Part shown: positions 37,877 to 55,007 of the stretch, one piece after another | How the letters are laid out: every line of letters begins with the position of its first letter | How positions within the stretch are numbered: position 1 is the stretch's first letter | NCBI GenBank assembly: GCA_964016885.1 | Contig: OZ024744.1 | Location: 15,810,001-15,874,000 of the forward strand | Length of the DNA stretch: 64,000 nucleotides | Reading direction: 5' to 3' | Origin: Eledone cirrhosa | Taxonomy: Eukaryota | Program-made: the position numbers and the translations under genes | Notes under the pieces: generated by a model | What the model saw: only the letters and a program-made list of their open reading frames with translations | What the model was told of the DNA's origin: nothing | The model's database searches: none

Positions 37877-38279
37877 ATAAAATATTAAAAAAATAATGAA
37901 TAAAACAATGAAACAGTTCCTTATATTAAACAAAAAAAGTTCATTATTTAACGATCGTTTCTGGGATATATATGTGTTAGAATTGGCATGTATATTTAAC
38001 AGATCTATGTACAAAATTATACAAAATTATACAAACTATCAAAATTAAATATACATACCAACTCATATATATGCCGTCTTCAGGAAGACGGCATATATAT
38101 GAGTTGGTATGTATATTTAATTTTGATAGTTTGTATAATTTTGTATAATTTTGTACATAGATCTGTTAAATATACATGCCAATTCTAACACATATATATC
38201 CCAGAAACGATCGTTAAATAATGAACTTTTTTTGTTTAATATAAGGAACTGTTTCATTGTTTTATTCATTATTTTTTTA

Positions 38280-38288
<9 letters not shown>
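37877..38288. mobile_element. Fold-back palindrome with arms of about 205 bp, carrying an HHR with a long helix II (37945-38084 on -)
   Basis: Axis cttc-ag-gaag at 38082. The minus strand reads CTGAAGA...115 nt...GAAA cgatcg TT. Confidence 0.75.
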
Positions 38289-38349
<61 letters not shown>

Positions 38350-38656
38350 TACATATATATATATATATAGATATAAAATATCCTTCTTCAGATGGGCTAA
38401 CGATGAAGAGTGAAATAGTACACTGGATCTCCCTGCAACAATCCTTGCATACCAGACCCGGCCTCAGACAAACGGATGCGGCAAAAAAGAAAAAAAAAAT
38501 TTGTCCGGGAAAGACTGCCCTAACACCGGCCAGAGTTACCTCCCTTGACCTGCTGCTAAATCAAAACAAGATATTTTTGCGAGCAATGAACCTTGATGTG
38601 GATTTAACCTCAAAAGCTCTTTCCGAGCAATATAAGGAACACTTGTGATTATTTAT

Positions 38657-38695
38657 GCCCTTGAGAAGCCCAACTGGGCGAAACGTACGTAGGTG
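38657..38695 (+). ncRNA. Minimal HHR, U3-A8 variant
   Basis: gccc TTGAGAA gccc-aact-gggc GAAA cgtacg TA ggtg; helix I is weak. Confidence 0.65.
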
Positions 38696-38759
38696 ATATT
38701 TTAAATAAACATGTTTTAACGGTCTATTATCCGATTTTTTACTTTTTTTACTTTCCCAC

Positions 38760-38883
<124 letters not shown>

Positions 38884-38953
38884 TTTTATACTCTGCAATG
38901 TATTGAGTACCTTACTTACTGTGGTTACCTCCGATTCAACCCGGAATAACGTT

Positions 38954-39021
<68 letters not shown>

Positions 39022-39027
39022 TATATG

Positions 39028-39063
<36 letters not shown>

Positions 39064-39077
39064 TACATATATATATG

Positions 39078-39111
<34 letters not shown>

Positions 39112-39123
39112 CATATATATATG

Positions 39124-39159
<36 letters not shown>

Positions 39160-39173
39160 TATATGTGTATATA

Positions 39174-39207
<34 letters not shown>

Positions 39208-39267
39208 TATATATATATGTATATATATATGTATATATATATGTATATATATATGTATATATATATG

Positions 39268-39414
<147 letters not shown>

Positions 39415-39415
39415 G

Positions 39416-39473
<58 letters not shown>

Positions 39474-39507
39474 CGTATATATATATGTATATATATGTAT
39501 ATATATG

Positions 39508-39554
<47 letters not shown>

Positions 39555-39555
39555 G

Positions 39556-39605
<50 letters not shown>

Positions 39606-42478
39606 CTCTTTTACTCTTTTACCTGTTTCAGCCATCCGGCTGAGGCCATGCTGGGGCACAGCCCTTGTTGCTACACATTTTATCTCCAGCCTGTATAGGT
39701 TGGCCACTGGTGTAGGAGGGAGTTTGTTGCTGCTGCCCTTAGTTTTCCCTCGTGTCTTGCTGTGGGCTCATCCGGGATCCTGGATAACAAGGTGTCGAGA
39801 TGTTTCTTAAAGACATCCACCTCCACGTCATGCAAGTCTCGCAGATGCCTCGGCAGCCTGTTGAAGAGTTGAGGGCCCTTGAATCCCAGGCTATTGCAAT
39901 ACCTGCTCCTTATTCTAGATGTGGAAAACGGGACCTTTGGCACCACACAGTGACGTCCTGTTCGACGGTTGGTCCAGCTCCCAATGCCAAAGTTTGGTGC
40001 TAGTCCCTCCAGGATTTTCCACATGTAGATCACTGCGTATCTCTCCCATCTTCGCTCCAAGGAGTAGAGGTTCAGTTCCTTCAGCCTCTCCCAGTAGCTT
40101 GTCTCCCTCATCTTGGCAATCCTCTTGGTGTAGCTTCGCTGGATTGCCTCAAGCTCCGTGGTTAGTTTGACACTATGGGGTGACCACAGCTGGGAGCAGT
40201 AGTCCAGGCGGCTTAGGACAAAAGTCCTCCACAGTGTCAACATGGTGTCTCGATCTCTTGTAAGGAAAGTCCTCAAGATCCAGCCAGCGAATCGTCTACA
40301 TGCTGTCGCCACCTTCATGATGTGTGAAGAAAAAGATGCATCATCGCTCATGTCTATGCCCAGGTCTCGTATCGATTTTGACACGGGGATATCGGTCCCT
40401 CCTGGTCCTGTGTAGCTGTGTTCCGCTATATTTGTGTTTGTGTTTGCAGGTTTGTATTGTAGGGCTTGGAATTTGCCAGCATTAAACTGCATGTTGTTTT
40501 CTTCCGCCCATCTGTATATGGCATCCAGATCCTGCTGTAAGAGGGCAGCGTCAGCCGGGTTTTTGATTGCCTGTGCTACCTTAGTGTCATCAGCATAGCT
40601 AGTGAGGGATGTTGTTGCATGCACCACAGAGGGCATGTCCGAGAGAGCCACCAAAAACAGTAGTGGTCCCAGGACTGTCCCCTGAGGCACCCCACTTGTT
40701 ATCGGTGTTTCCCTCGAGAGGGCCCTATTTGCTGCGACCGCCTGGCTTCTGTCCCTTAGGAAGCCATGCAGCCACTCACCTACTTTTCCAGTTATGCCGA
40801 GTCCGTGTAGTTTGTGACATATCATTCCGTGGTTGACCTTGTCAAAGGCCTTCGCAAAGTCAAGATATATCACGTCTACATGTGAGCTGTCTAGTAGTTG
40901 TCTCAGTACCCAGTCGTAGTGATGTAGCAGCTGTGTAAGGCAGCTTCTTCCTGGGCGGAAGCCATGTTGCGTGCTAGTCAGGCGGTCATTTTATTCGAGG
41001 AAAGTGATTAGTTTCTTTCTGACGACTCGCTCCATGACCTTACTGATATGCGACGTCAGGGAGACTGGCCTATAGTCCTTGGCCTCCGCTCTACTACCTC
41101 CTTTATGGATAGGGCATATCGTGCCTTCTTTCAGCTCCCTGGGTAGTACACCGCTAGCCAAGGAGCTTCTGAAGAGCATCTTCAGTGGAGTTGCTAAGGC
41201 CCGCTTACATATTTTTAGGAGAACTGCTGGGAATCCATCAGGTCCAGCAGCCGAGTCTGTTCTAATTTCATCAGTGGCGTACACCACATCCTCCTCCGTT
41301 ATGTCTATGTGGTTGATGGTTGCCATTTCTTGATGTAGTGTTGTGGCATCAAAGAACTCCTCTGGCTTCGTTATTTGCATGTGCCTCAGTGGACATGTGA
41401 AGACACTTTTGTACTGTTCGTTCAGTATTTCACATATCTCTTGGGGATTTTCGGTTAATGAACCGTCCGTGTGGAAGAGTGGTCCAATCTTGCAGTGTAC
41501 TGAGGCAGTTTCTTTTGCAAATTTAAAGAAGGCCTTAGGGTTTGTTTTAATGTTTTCTATGGCCCTGTTCTCTTTCCTTGCCCTCTCATTCTCATGTGAA
41601 AGCTTGAGTGCAATCTCGGTGTCAAGTAGTGCACGTTTCAAATAGGATTCCTTCTTGTTTTGGTTTTGTTGACTATTCAACTGGTTTGAGAGTTTAGTTC
41701 TACGTCTCATAAGGATTTTCCTATCTCTGGGAATAAGATTTTTGTGTCTGTTTGCCTCTTTCTCCGGGACACACTTTTTGCATATGGTGTGTATCGTTGT
41801 CATGAAGTGTTGAAATTGTGTGTTAGTGTCTTGTGTGGCGATGTTTGCACTCCATGTTTGCTTCCGGATTTCACTCTTAATCTTCTTCCAGTCAGCCCCG
41901 TAGCTCTACTAAGTTATGATCCGAGAGAATTGTTGGTGTCACCTTTACATTGTGGATGAGCACTTCGTTGTTTGTAAAACAGAGGTCCAGGACATTTTCG
42001 CCTCTTGTTGGGAGGAGTATTGCTTGCTCCATGAACAGCCTGTGTGTGAGGGCCAGCAGGGATCCCGTCTGTCTCTGTTCTATTGACGTCATTCCAGGGA
42101 GGAGGTGGCCCTCAGGCCATTTGACCTTTGGTAGGTTGAAGTCTCCCAGCAGTAGGATGTTGAGACCCTGGTCCAGTTTGTCAAGGACCTCTTCTATCCT
42201 ACTTAGGCTATCCTCAAATTTACCCTCATGACTGGGGGCATCGGGCGGCCGATATGTGACACATATTACCGTCTGTAGTTGCTTCATATGTATTATCAGT
42301 GTGTTACAGACTGAGTTTGAATGTGTCAACAGTACAATTGGTGTGACATCTTCACGGATATACAGAGCAACCCCACCATGAGTTCTCTCCTTCCTGTCCG
42401 AACGAAATACAGTATATTTCGGTATATGTATTTCTGCATCTGCTATACTGCTTGTCAGGTGCGTTTCGGTTAGTGCCG
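39606..42478 (-). mobile_element. CR1-like LINE (partial AP endonuclease, RT and 3' UTR) with a stop at about 40991 and a deletion of about 75 bp near 41895
   Basis: [37 protein letters not shown]. Nearly identical to the 30681 copy, in opposite orientation. Confidence 0.95.
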
Positions 42479-42479
42479 A

Positions 42480-45715
<3,236 letters not shown>

Positions 45716-45749
45716 GTATATATATATATATACTTATATATATATATAC

Positions 45750-45849
<100 letters not shown>

Positions 45850-45883
45850 GTATATATATATATATACTTATATATATATATAC

Positions 45884-46132
<249 letters not shown>

Positions 46133-46144
46133 CATATATATATA

Positions 46145-46610
46145 ATTGAAACAAAATGAAAACGAAATTTCATTTCTCACTCTTAGTATGGCACTTACTT
46201 AAATGTAAGTATGCATGTATACGTACATACATATATGTATACAGACGTACAGTAGCATGCACATATATATATATATATATATATACATATATATATACAT
46301 ACATATGCATACAGGTACACATACATATATGCACGTATCAGTTTAGCGGCGCTTATTTATAACGTCGCTTTGTTCGTTTGTAAACAAACTGAACAGCCTG
46401 AATTTATGCCATACGGTGTTAAGGCAACCACGTCACCTTTTTGTTCAACACTGACACAGGAACGATGTACTAGTTTCAAGCTTGTTAGCTATCATCAGCA
46501 CCGTTTACCCATCTGCCAGATAGTTGAACGTTCGAAAGTATATACTTTCCTTATGAAAATTAACGGCTGAGCAGCCTAATTGCATATTGAGTGAGTTAAA
46601 TCGGTCAGGC
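46145..46610 (-). mobile_element. Diverged relative of the 470-bp family; HHR at 46461-46505
   Basis: aacggtg CTGATGA tagct-aaca-agctt GAAA ctag TA catcgtt; the same motif order is kept. Confidence 0.75.
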
Positions 46611-46619
46611 ATTAAGTTA

Positions 46620-47197
46620 AAAATTGTTTAAGCGTCAGTCATACAAAAGTGAGTTACAAACGAAACGAAATTTAATTTCGTTTCGTTATTTGTTTTTATC
46701 GTCTCTGTTGAACCGGTACGTACTCACGCTCTATGCAAATTGGTCTGCCGACTACTAATTTTCATAGAAAAAGCATATAACGATATGTGCTTTTACGATT
46801 CTCTAGAGAGGCCGGAAGATAGGTAAATATTGCTGATGAGATGTAACAACATCGAAACTAGTTCAATATTCCTTGTCTGGCTTTTCTTTGTTTCTTTGTT
46901 GAAATAGAGGAAAGGTGTTTCCTCAAAAACCAGTATGACTCTAAAAACCGGTTTGTCTGTGTGTTTACATACAGAATAGCTGGACACTCACAGTAAAGTG
47001 ACCAGTGAAAAACTCGGTACATCTACATATGTATACGTGTGTGTAATCATATGCATACTAGTATTTCAGTATACATATGTGGATGTACATTTTTAACTTA
47101 ATTGTTTAAGCGTCAGTCATACAAAAGTGAGTTACAAACGAAACGAAATTTAATTTCGTTTCGTTATTTGTTTTTATCGTCTCTGTTGAACCGGTAC
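46620..47197 (+). mobile_element. Third locus of the 470-bp family (about 478-bp period); HHR at 46826-46870; runs into the assembly gap
   Basis: aatattg CTGATGA gatgt-aaca-acatc GAAA ctag TT caatatt. Confidence 0.85.
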
Positions 47198-47397
47198 NNN
47201 NNNNNNNNNNNNNNNNNNNNNNNNNNNNNNNNNNNNNNNNNNNNNNNNNNNNNNNNNNNNNNNNNNNNNNNNNNNNNNNNNNNNNNNNNNNNNNNNNNNN
47301 NNNNNNNNNNNNNNNNNNNNNNNNNNNNNNNNNNNNNNNNNNNNNNNNNNNNNNNNNNNNNNNNNNNNNNNNNNNNNNNNNNNNNNNNNNNNNNNNN
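47198..47397. other. Assembly gap (200 N)
   Basis: Run of N. Confidence 1.
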
Positions 47398-47664
47398 ACC
47401 AAACTACATCCTACACATGTAGATACGACCTGTACCTAATGTATCCGTTCAACATGTACGATTAATAAATAGAGTTACAACATCGATTAATGGATTTAGT
47501 CAATGTTCTAAAATGCCTTCTGATCTCTATTATGTATATTAAGAATTGACCCTAAAACCCGTTATACATCTACAGAGAGAGACAGAAAAACAGAGGGAAT
47601 GTAATAATGGGAAGAGAGATAGGCCGTTAGACAGAGAGAGATACAATTAAAGTGTTAGTTATTC

Positions 47665-47704
47665 AGAGAGAGAGGAGAGAGAGATGAGAGAGAGAGAGAA
47701 GATG

Positions 47705-47770
<66 letters not shown>
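47665..47770. repeat. (GA)n microsatellite
   Basis: Direct reading. Confidence 0.95.
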
Positions 47771-47772
<2 letters not shown>

Positions 47773-48149
47773 CGGTAGGACAAGGTGACACGAGGAGGGT
47801 GTGTGGTATCTTTGCAGTGGAGTGGTGGGGGCAGGTATACCTAGCCGGGATCCAGCCGGACGGGCCAGAGGTAACTGATAGTCCCTCAGTGAAATATGTA
47901 TAATAGAGTTTCAAATAAACCTGAACTAATTGAATATGGCCTCCGATCTTTTATTAATATATAATGCTCCGTCTAGTACCATTTATACAGGTGGTTGAAC
48001 GCTTCTTTTAATCTGCTTCACAACCGACAGACTATGGTGTGATCCGCACATCCCTGTTCTGTTAACTCATACCCTAATATATATATATAGTGTGGGGCCG
48101 TCCTATTATCTATACCAAGACCAGATACGATCTCATAAGCGTTGATGTT

Positions 48150-48630
48150 GATATCCTCCAGGGTGGCCTCGGCGTTTTTTTTTTGTAGCTTTTTCTCAAT
48201 TCCGTGAGGATAGCTCATGGTAAAGTTGAACGTCCATGCTGTAAAGGTTGTTGGTTTTGTCGGCATGGACGAGTATTCCTGTAGATTCCTTAAGCTCGGT
48301 AATTCCATTTTCCACTCGTCTAAGGTACTCTCGACTCCGGTATGGTTGGTCGGAAAATTTGATGTTGGAACTGATGCCAAACATTTCGTTCTCAAACTCT
48401 TCCAATAGTCTGTTGTGGGGGGGTGGGGGGGGGTTCTTCTTGATCTGAAGAGGCACTCATGGTTTTTGGGTTATTAATATTGGGGGTTTCCTCTATCAAA
48501 GTGGTAAGCCCTCCCCCTCATCCTGCGTATTAGGGAGTCAGTACTCTTAGTGAGATTCCTGGTGTATTCTCTTTTATCCGGTAATGGGATGTCCTTCCGT
48601 GATGCCAGAGTGGTGTGAGTTTATTCATAT
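48150..48630 (-). pseudogene. Frameshifted N-terminal region of a PLE ORF
   Basis: IPLPDKREY...LIRRMRGRAYHF, LEEFENEM, ADKTNNLY match the PLE pre-RT region; an HHR lies upstream. Confidence 0.7.
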
Positions 48631-48818
48631 TGGCTGCGGTCCGCTACTGTATGAAGCGCTCAACAGGGTGTGGAGCATGGGGTAAGTAAGAAAGTAAGTG
48701 TTGGTAAAATCCAGTACTTCAGTATGCGGATAGGGAGCACTCAACGAAGATATAAGTTCTGGAGTTATAATAGTGACGAAACATAAGTCAATTGCATGAA
48801 ATCATAATCCTTTATTTA

Positions 48819-48872
48819 CTGCTATATATATTTCGATGATAACCATTGAATGGCTATGACCTCATCAGACAG
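48819..48872 (-). ncRNA. Type I HHR in the upstream pseudo-LTR of the PLE fragment
   Basis: ctgt CTGATGA ggt-c-atagccat-tca-atggttat-c-atc GAAA tatata TA gcag. Confidence 0.8.
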
Positions 48873-49793
48873 TTAGTCAGTTCTTAGATATGCCAGCTCT
48901 GTGTGTATAGTGTTGATGGTATCAGAGCTTTGGGACATATGAGCTTGTTAGGAATAATTTGATGTTGTCAGCAGGAATAGTCTTGATTCTCATTGGTCAG
49001 TTTGTAGATGGTAGTAGGGTTGGTATTTGACCCCAAAGAGGCAGGTGGTTCTGTAAGGTTCAAATCGTCAAGCAAGATGACAATAGTTCCACATGACTGA
49101 TTTTCACAAAAGGCATTATTGGTCAGATATATTTTCAAATAAGGTTAATAGTATGAAATAGATACTACAGGTCATTCTTAAATTGAGGAATTTATGTGGA
49201 GTGGTGGTACTGAAATTTATGGTTGGAGTAGAAAGTTTACAAATAAAAAGGCTTATGTAGGTTGGCTTGCACTACACTCACACCTACCCCCTCAAATACT
49301 CACACAACTACACACACAAATCCATACAGGTGTGTATATATATATGCATGCATGCATGTACGCACAAGTATACACATATATATATATAAAATATATATAT
49401 ACACAGAACATATATATAAAATATATACATACAAAAATATAAAAAATATATATACATAGAATACACACACACACACACACAATATATACACACGTAAAAC
49501 ATACTTATATATATATATATAAAAAATACACACACACATACACACATATATATAAAATATATACATACAGATACGCACACATATATAAAATACGCATACA
49601 TACACATATAAAATACACATATATATATACACATGATACATATATACATATATATATAAAATCAGGTTCAATAAAAAATTGTTTAGATGACTCCCAACCA
49701 GTAGAGGATCCGGTGGACCATCCACCATAGGAAGCGCAAACCATAGGTGGTTGTTGTTACAACTCTGGTCCTGCACTAGAGATTTATTACAAA

Positions 49794-49850
49794 TACTATG
49801 CACATTTCAAAGACTAGGTTCCGTAGGACCCTGGTGACATCATCAGGTGA
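49794..49850 (-). ncRNA. Degenerate type I HHR
   Basis: CTGATGA tgtcaccagggtcc-tac-ggaacctagtcttt GAAA tgtgca TA; weak helices. Confidence 0.5.
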
Positions 49851-49958
49851 TTATTGTATACAGGTTATATAATAAAGGAATATAATAAAGGAATAATGGT
49901 AAACACAATGGTAAACACAATCCAAAGATGTATATATATATATATATATATATGTACA

Positions 49959-52900
49959 TCTTTTACTCTTTTACCTGCTCCAGCCTCTGGATATGGCCAT
50001 GCTGGGACACCGCCCTTGTTGCCACACGTTCTATCTCTAGCCTGTGTTGGCTGGCCATTGGTGTAAGAGGGAGTTCGTTGCTGCTGCTCTTAAGTTACCT
50101 TCGTTTCCTGCTGTGGGCTCATCCGGGACTCTGGATAGCAGGGTATCGAGATGTTTCTTGAAAACACCCCCGTCCACACCATTCAGATCTCTACAAATTC
50201 TTGGCAGCTTGTTGAAGAGTTGTGGGCCTTTGAAGCCCAGGCTATTGCAATATCTACTCCTTATTTTAGATGTGGAAGACGGGACCTTTGGTACCACACA
50301 GTAATGTGCTGTTCGGGGTTGGTCCAGGATTTTCCATATGTCTATCACTGTATATCTCTCCTGTCTTCATTCCAAAGTGTAAGTTTTCGGTTCTTTTAGC
50401 CTCTCTCAGTAGCTCATCTCCTTCATCGTGGCAATCCTGTTGGTGTAGCTTCGTTGGATTGCCTCAAGCTCCGTGGTTAGTTTGACACTATGGAGTGACC
50501 ACAGTTGGGAGCAATAGTCCAGGCGGCTTAAGATAAGTGTCTTCCATAGTATCAACATGGTCTCTCGGTCTCTTGACCGGAAAGTCCTCAAGATCCAGCT
50601 AGCGAGTTGTCTGCACATTGTTGCCACCCTCGAGCCGTGAGATGAAAAAGATGCATCGTCACTCATGTCTATCCACAGGTCTCGTATCGATTTCGACACG
50701 GGAATTTCGATCTCTCCTGCTCCGGTGTAGCTGTGTTGTACTGTCTTTGTGTTTGCAGTTTGGTATTGAAGGGCTTGACATTTTCCAGCATTAAACTGCA
50801 TGTTGTTATCCTCAACCCATTTGTATATGGTCCAGATCTTGTTCTAAAAGGGCAGCATCAGCCGGGTTTGTGATTGCTTGTGCTACCTTTGTGTCACCAG
50901 CATAGCTAATGAGGGATGTTGTATGTACTACAAAGGGTATGTCTGAGAGAGCCACCAAAAACAGTAGTTGTTCCAAGACTGTGCCCTGAGGCACCCCACT
51001 TTTTATTGATGTTTCCTTTGCGAGGGCCTCATTGGCTGCAACTGTCTGGCTTCTGTCCTTTCAGAAATCATGCAGTCACTCACCTACTTTTCCAGTTATG
51101 CCGAGTCTGTGTAGTTTGTGACATATCATACCGTAGTCGACCTTGTCAAAGGTCTTCCCAAAGTCAAGATATATTATGTTCACATGTGACCTGTCCAGCA
51201 GTTCTTTCAGTATCCAGTCATAGTGTTGTAACAGCTGTGTAAGGTAGCTTCTTCATGGGCGAAAGCCATGCTGCGTGCTAGTTAGGCTGTCATTTTCCTC
51301 GAGGAACGTTATCAGTTTCTCTCTGATGATTCGTTCCATGATCTTACTGATATGTGATGTCAGGGAGACTGGCCTGTAGTTTTGGCCTCCGCTCTGCTTC
51401 CTCCTTTATGGATAGGGCATATTGTGCCTTCTTCTAGCTCTCTGGGTAGGTTACCGCTAGCCAAAGAACTTCTGAAGATGGTCTTCAGTGGTCTTGCTGA
51501 GGCATGTTTACATCATTTTAGGAGGATTTTGGGGAATCCATCAGGTCCAACAGCTCAGTTTGTTCGAATTCTTCTATGGCAGAAATCACAACTTCCTCCG
51601 TTATGTCTATGTGGTTGATGGTCACCATTTCTTCGAGGAGTGTTGTGGCATCAAATAAATCATCTGGCTTTGTTATTTGCATGTGCCTAAGTGGACATGT
51701 GAACACACTTTTGTACTGTTCATTCAGTATTTCACTTATCCCTTGGGGATCCTCGGTTAATGAACCATCTTTATGGAAGAGTGTACAGAGTGTACCGAGT
51801 GTACCGAGGCAGTTTCTTTTGCAAATTTAAAGAAGGACTTAGGGTTTGTTTTAATATTTTCTATGGCCCTGCTTTCTCTCTCTCTCTGCCCTCTCCTTCT
51901 CATGGGATAGTTTGAGTGCAGTTTCAATTTCAAATAGTGCTTGTTTCAGATAGGGCTCCTTATTTTTCTGTTTAACTGGTTTTAGAGCTTAGTTCTTCGT
52001 CTCATAAGGATTTTCCTATCTCTGGGAATAAGATATTTATGTCTGTTTGCCTTTTCCCCCGGGACAAACTGTTGGCATATAGTTTGTATTGTTGTCATGA
52101 AATGTTGAAAACGTGTGTTGGTATCTTGTGTGGTGATGTTGTCGCTCTATATTTGCTTCCGGATCTTTTCTGGATCTTTTTCCAGTTAGTCTTGTGAAAG
52201 TTTAGGCTGGATAAATTTCCGGTGTTTCTTAATTGTTGCGTCTCTGGTGACTCTCTCAGACCACATGTCATTAGTTCTACTAAATTATGATCCGAGAAGA
52301 TCGTTGGTGTCACCTTTTCATTGTGGATGAGCACTGCGTTATTTGTAAAGCAGAGATCCAGGACATACTCGCCTCTTTTTGGTAGGAGTATTGCTTGTTC
52401 CATGAACAGCCTATGTGTGAGGGCCAGCAGGGACTCCGTCTGTCTCTGTTCTAGTGATGACATTCCAGGGAGGAGGTGGACCTTAGGCCATTTGACCATT
52501 GGTAGGTTAAAGTCTCGCAGCAGCAGTATGTTGAGACCCTGGTCCAGTTTGTCAAGGACTTCTTCCATCCTTCTGCGGCTATCTTCAAACTTACCTTCAT
52601 AACTAGGGGCGTCTGGTGGCCTATATGTGACACATATCACCACTTTCAGTTGCTTCATATGTACTATCAGTGTGTCACAAACTGAGTTTGAATGTGTCAA
52701 CAGTTCAATGGGTGTGACATCTTCACGGATATACAGAGCAACCCCATCATGAGTTCTCTCCCTCCTGTCTGAAAGAAATACAGTATACTTTGGTATATAT
52801 ATTTCCACATCTGCTCTACTGCTTGCCAGGTGCGTTTCGGTTATAGCCATGCATATTGCTTGATTGCTTATGGCTAAGTCTCTCAGGTAGGGAATTTTAC

Positions 52901-53453
52901 TCATGTTAGTGAGTTTCACCAGACCTCTGACATTCAACAGCAGCACTGGTGTGACATTTGGGGTGTCAGCAATGGCTGTCAGTGTGGCACCTGGCCTGGT
53001 GTTAGCGGCAGCCACCCCTGGTCCTTTGATTGTGGTGGTCTCGAGTGCTGGTGTGGATGTCCCTGGTTCCGAAAACGATGTAATCATGTTAGTTGTGCCA
53101 CAATTCTCTCCACCATTTCTAAAAAAGTATTTTGCTCCGCTGTCGCGTCTGTATTGCATCTGTATATGCTAGCCTTCTCCTCTTTGTTGGGGCGGCGCAC
53201 ACGACATCAGCGTGCTTCTGGGGCAGCTTGCATCGGTTCTTGTTTTCGGTGGGGCATTTTGGATGGGTAGGGTGGGCGTAGCTCACCTGGGGCCTGGGAT
53301 GAGCAAATCTACAGCCTGTGCCTGTTTCTCCATGCCAGCAGGTCCCGTTCCTGAAGAACTTTCATGTTATCTGGGTTTTCTTTCTTCCAGTATCTCGGCG
53401 CCTTCTGTTATTCCATTGGACAGTTGTCCACTGGACCGTTTCTGCTTGGATGC

Positions 53454-53457
<4 letters not shown>
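49959..53457 (-). mobile_element. Older, degraded CR1-like LINE of the same family (APE and RT, many frameshifts)
   Basis: [37 protein letters not shown]; same 3' tail. Confidence 0.93.
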
Positions 53458-53500
<43 letters not shown>

Positions 53501-53501
<1 letters not shown>

Positions 53502-54372
53502 TAGCAGTGGTACCTGGTGTTGCACGGGATAAGGTATTTTGGAACGCGGGCCGCCAACAGACCTAATCGTGGAAAAACTGCATTATTGGACAATATGTAA
53601 AGAAAATAAACCGAATGCTCTGATGGCTGGATAAACTTTAAAATTTTCCTCGATGAAGCAGGAAAAATGCAGGATTTCACCTAATGCGGGCCCTAGGCCA
53701 TAAAAAAGTTGGATTTTCTTTGCTCACGATATGAAGAAGAGACTGACTAATACATAGTTACAATTTCAAGGTAATCGGTCTGACGTAACGCCTCAAAAAA
53801 CCCCTAAAAAGCTGAAAAAAACGCAGTTTTTCGTCTAATGCGACCCCTAGGGGATCAAAAAGTTGAATTTTTTATGTGCATAACACTCCGTGAAACATAA
53901 GTAATACACATATAAAGTTTGAAAAAATCGGTTGGGTACTTCTCGGGTCTCACACACACACACAAACTATAAAAAAATCAATCTGTGAACGCAGAAGTAA
54001 ATATTTCGAAAAACGTTACAACCGAAGGAAAACAGGAACACGATACTTTGGTTTGTGAAGACGTTCCCTGCCAATGAACGGATAATAGCGAACATAATAC
54101 GTCATCAATGTTTGTCAGAATGTCGTAATGCAGACAGTCAGGCATTCAGACAGATATTATAAGGGCGTGACGGAGATGGATAACACTCCTTTAACAACAG
54201 AAAATTGAAAAATAAAAGCTACAGTAAAAAGCTTTAGACCGCAAGGAATATATAAATGCAAGTTTGAAGTCAATCGGAGTAGAAATGTGGATTTGTATAG
54301 ACTTTGCAAAAATGAGGACGCACACACACACACACACACACACACAGACAACAACAGTTTTATATATATAGA
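53501..54372 (-). mobile_element. Non-autonomous Helitron
   Basis: The minus strand starts a|TCtatatatataaa and ends cccgtgcaacaccagg...CTAG|t: TC/CTAG termini, subterminal hairpin remnant, AT target. Confidence 0.75.
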
Positions 54373-54501
54373 TAAAGATATATATAGCTTAAAATGGAGT
54401 GAGAATAAGAAGAAAGCACTAATTGGGGGGGGGGGTCCTCATCAGTTGTCTACTGGGAGTCTCGGATATTTCCACGATTTAAAGACAAGATATCTACCCC
54501 C

Positions 54502-55007
54502 AGAGCGTTTAATAACTGGGTAAGTTATTGGGAAAACCGAGGAGGGAGGGAGGGAAAATAGAAGGGAAAAGGAAAGAGAAAATACCGAAAAATAAACAAC
54601 AAACCGAGCAATGTGCGAGCAACTTAAGGTAAGAAAATCCAAGACCACAGCGATAACAGAACTTAAGTTCAAGACCGTGTGGGCGAGCGAAAGGACACGT
54701 GTGACCCCAGCGAGTGTAAGTGAGAAAAGGACTGCTAGAGGGTCAGGTGAGGGAAACAATGGGGTGACCCTCTAGCAGTCCTTTTCTCACTTACACTCGT
54801 TGGGGTCACACGTGTCTTTTCGCTCGCCCACACGCTCTCGAACTTAAGGTCTGTTATCGCTGTGGTCTTGGATTTTCTTACCTTAAGTTGCTCGCACATT
54901 GCTTGGTTTGTTGTTTCTTTTTCGCTGTTTTCTCTTTTCTTCCCTTTTCCCTTCTATCCCTCCCCTCCTCCGTTTTCCCAATAACTCACCCAGTTATTGA
55001 ACGCTCT
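54502..55007. repeat. Imperfect inverted repeat, arms of about 243 bp, 19-bp spacer
   Basis: ...ggactgctagagggtca [54746-54764] tgaccctctagcagtcc... Confidence 0.9.
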
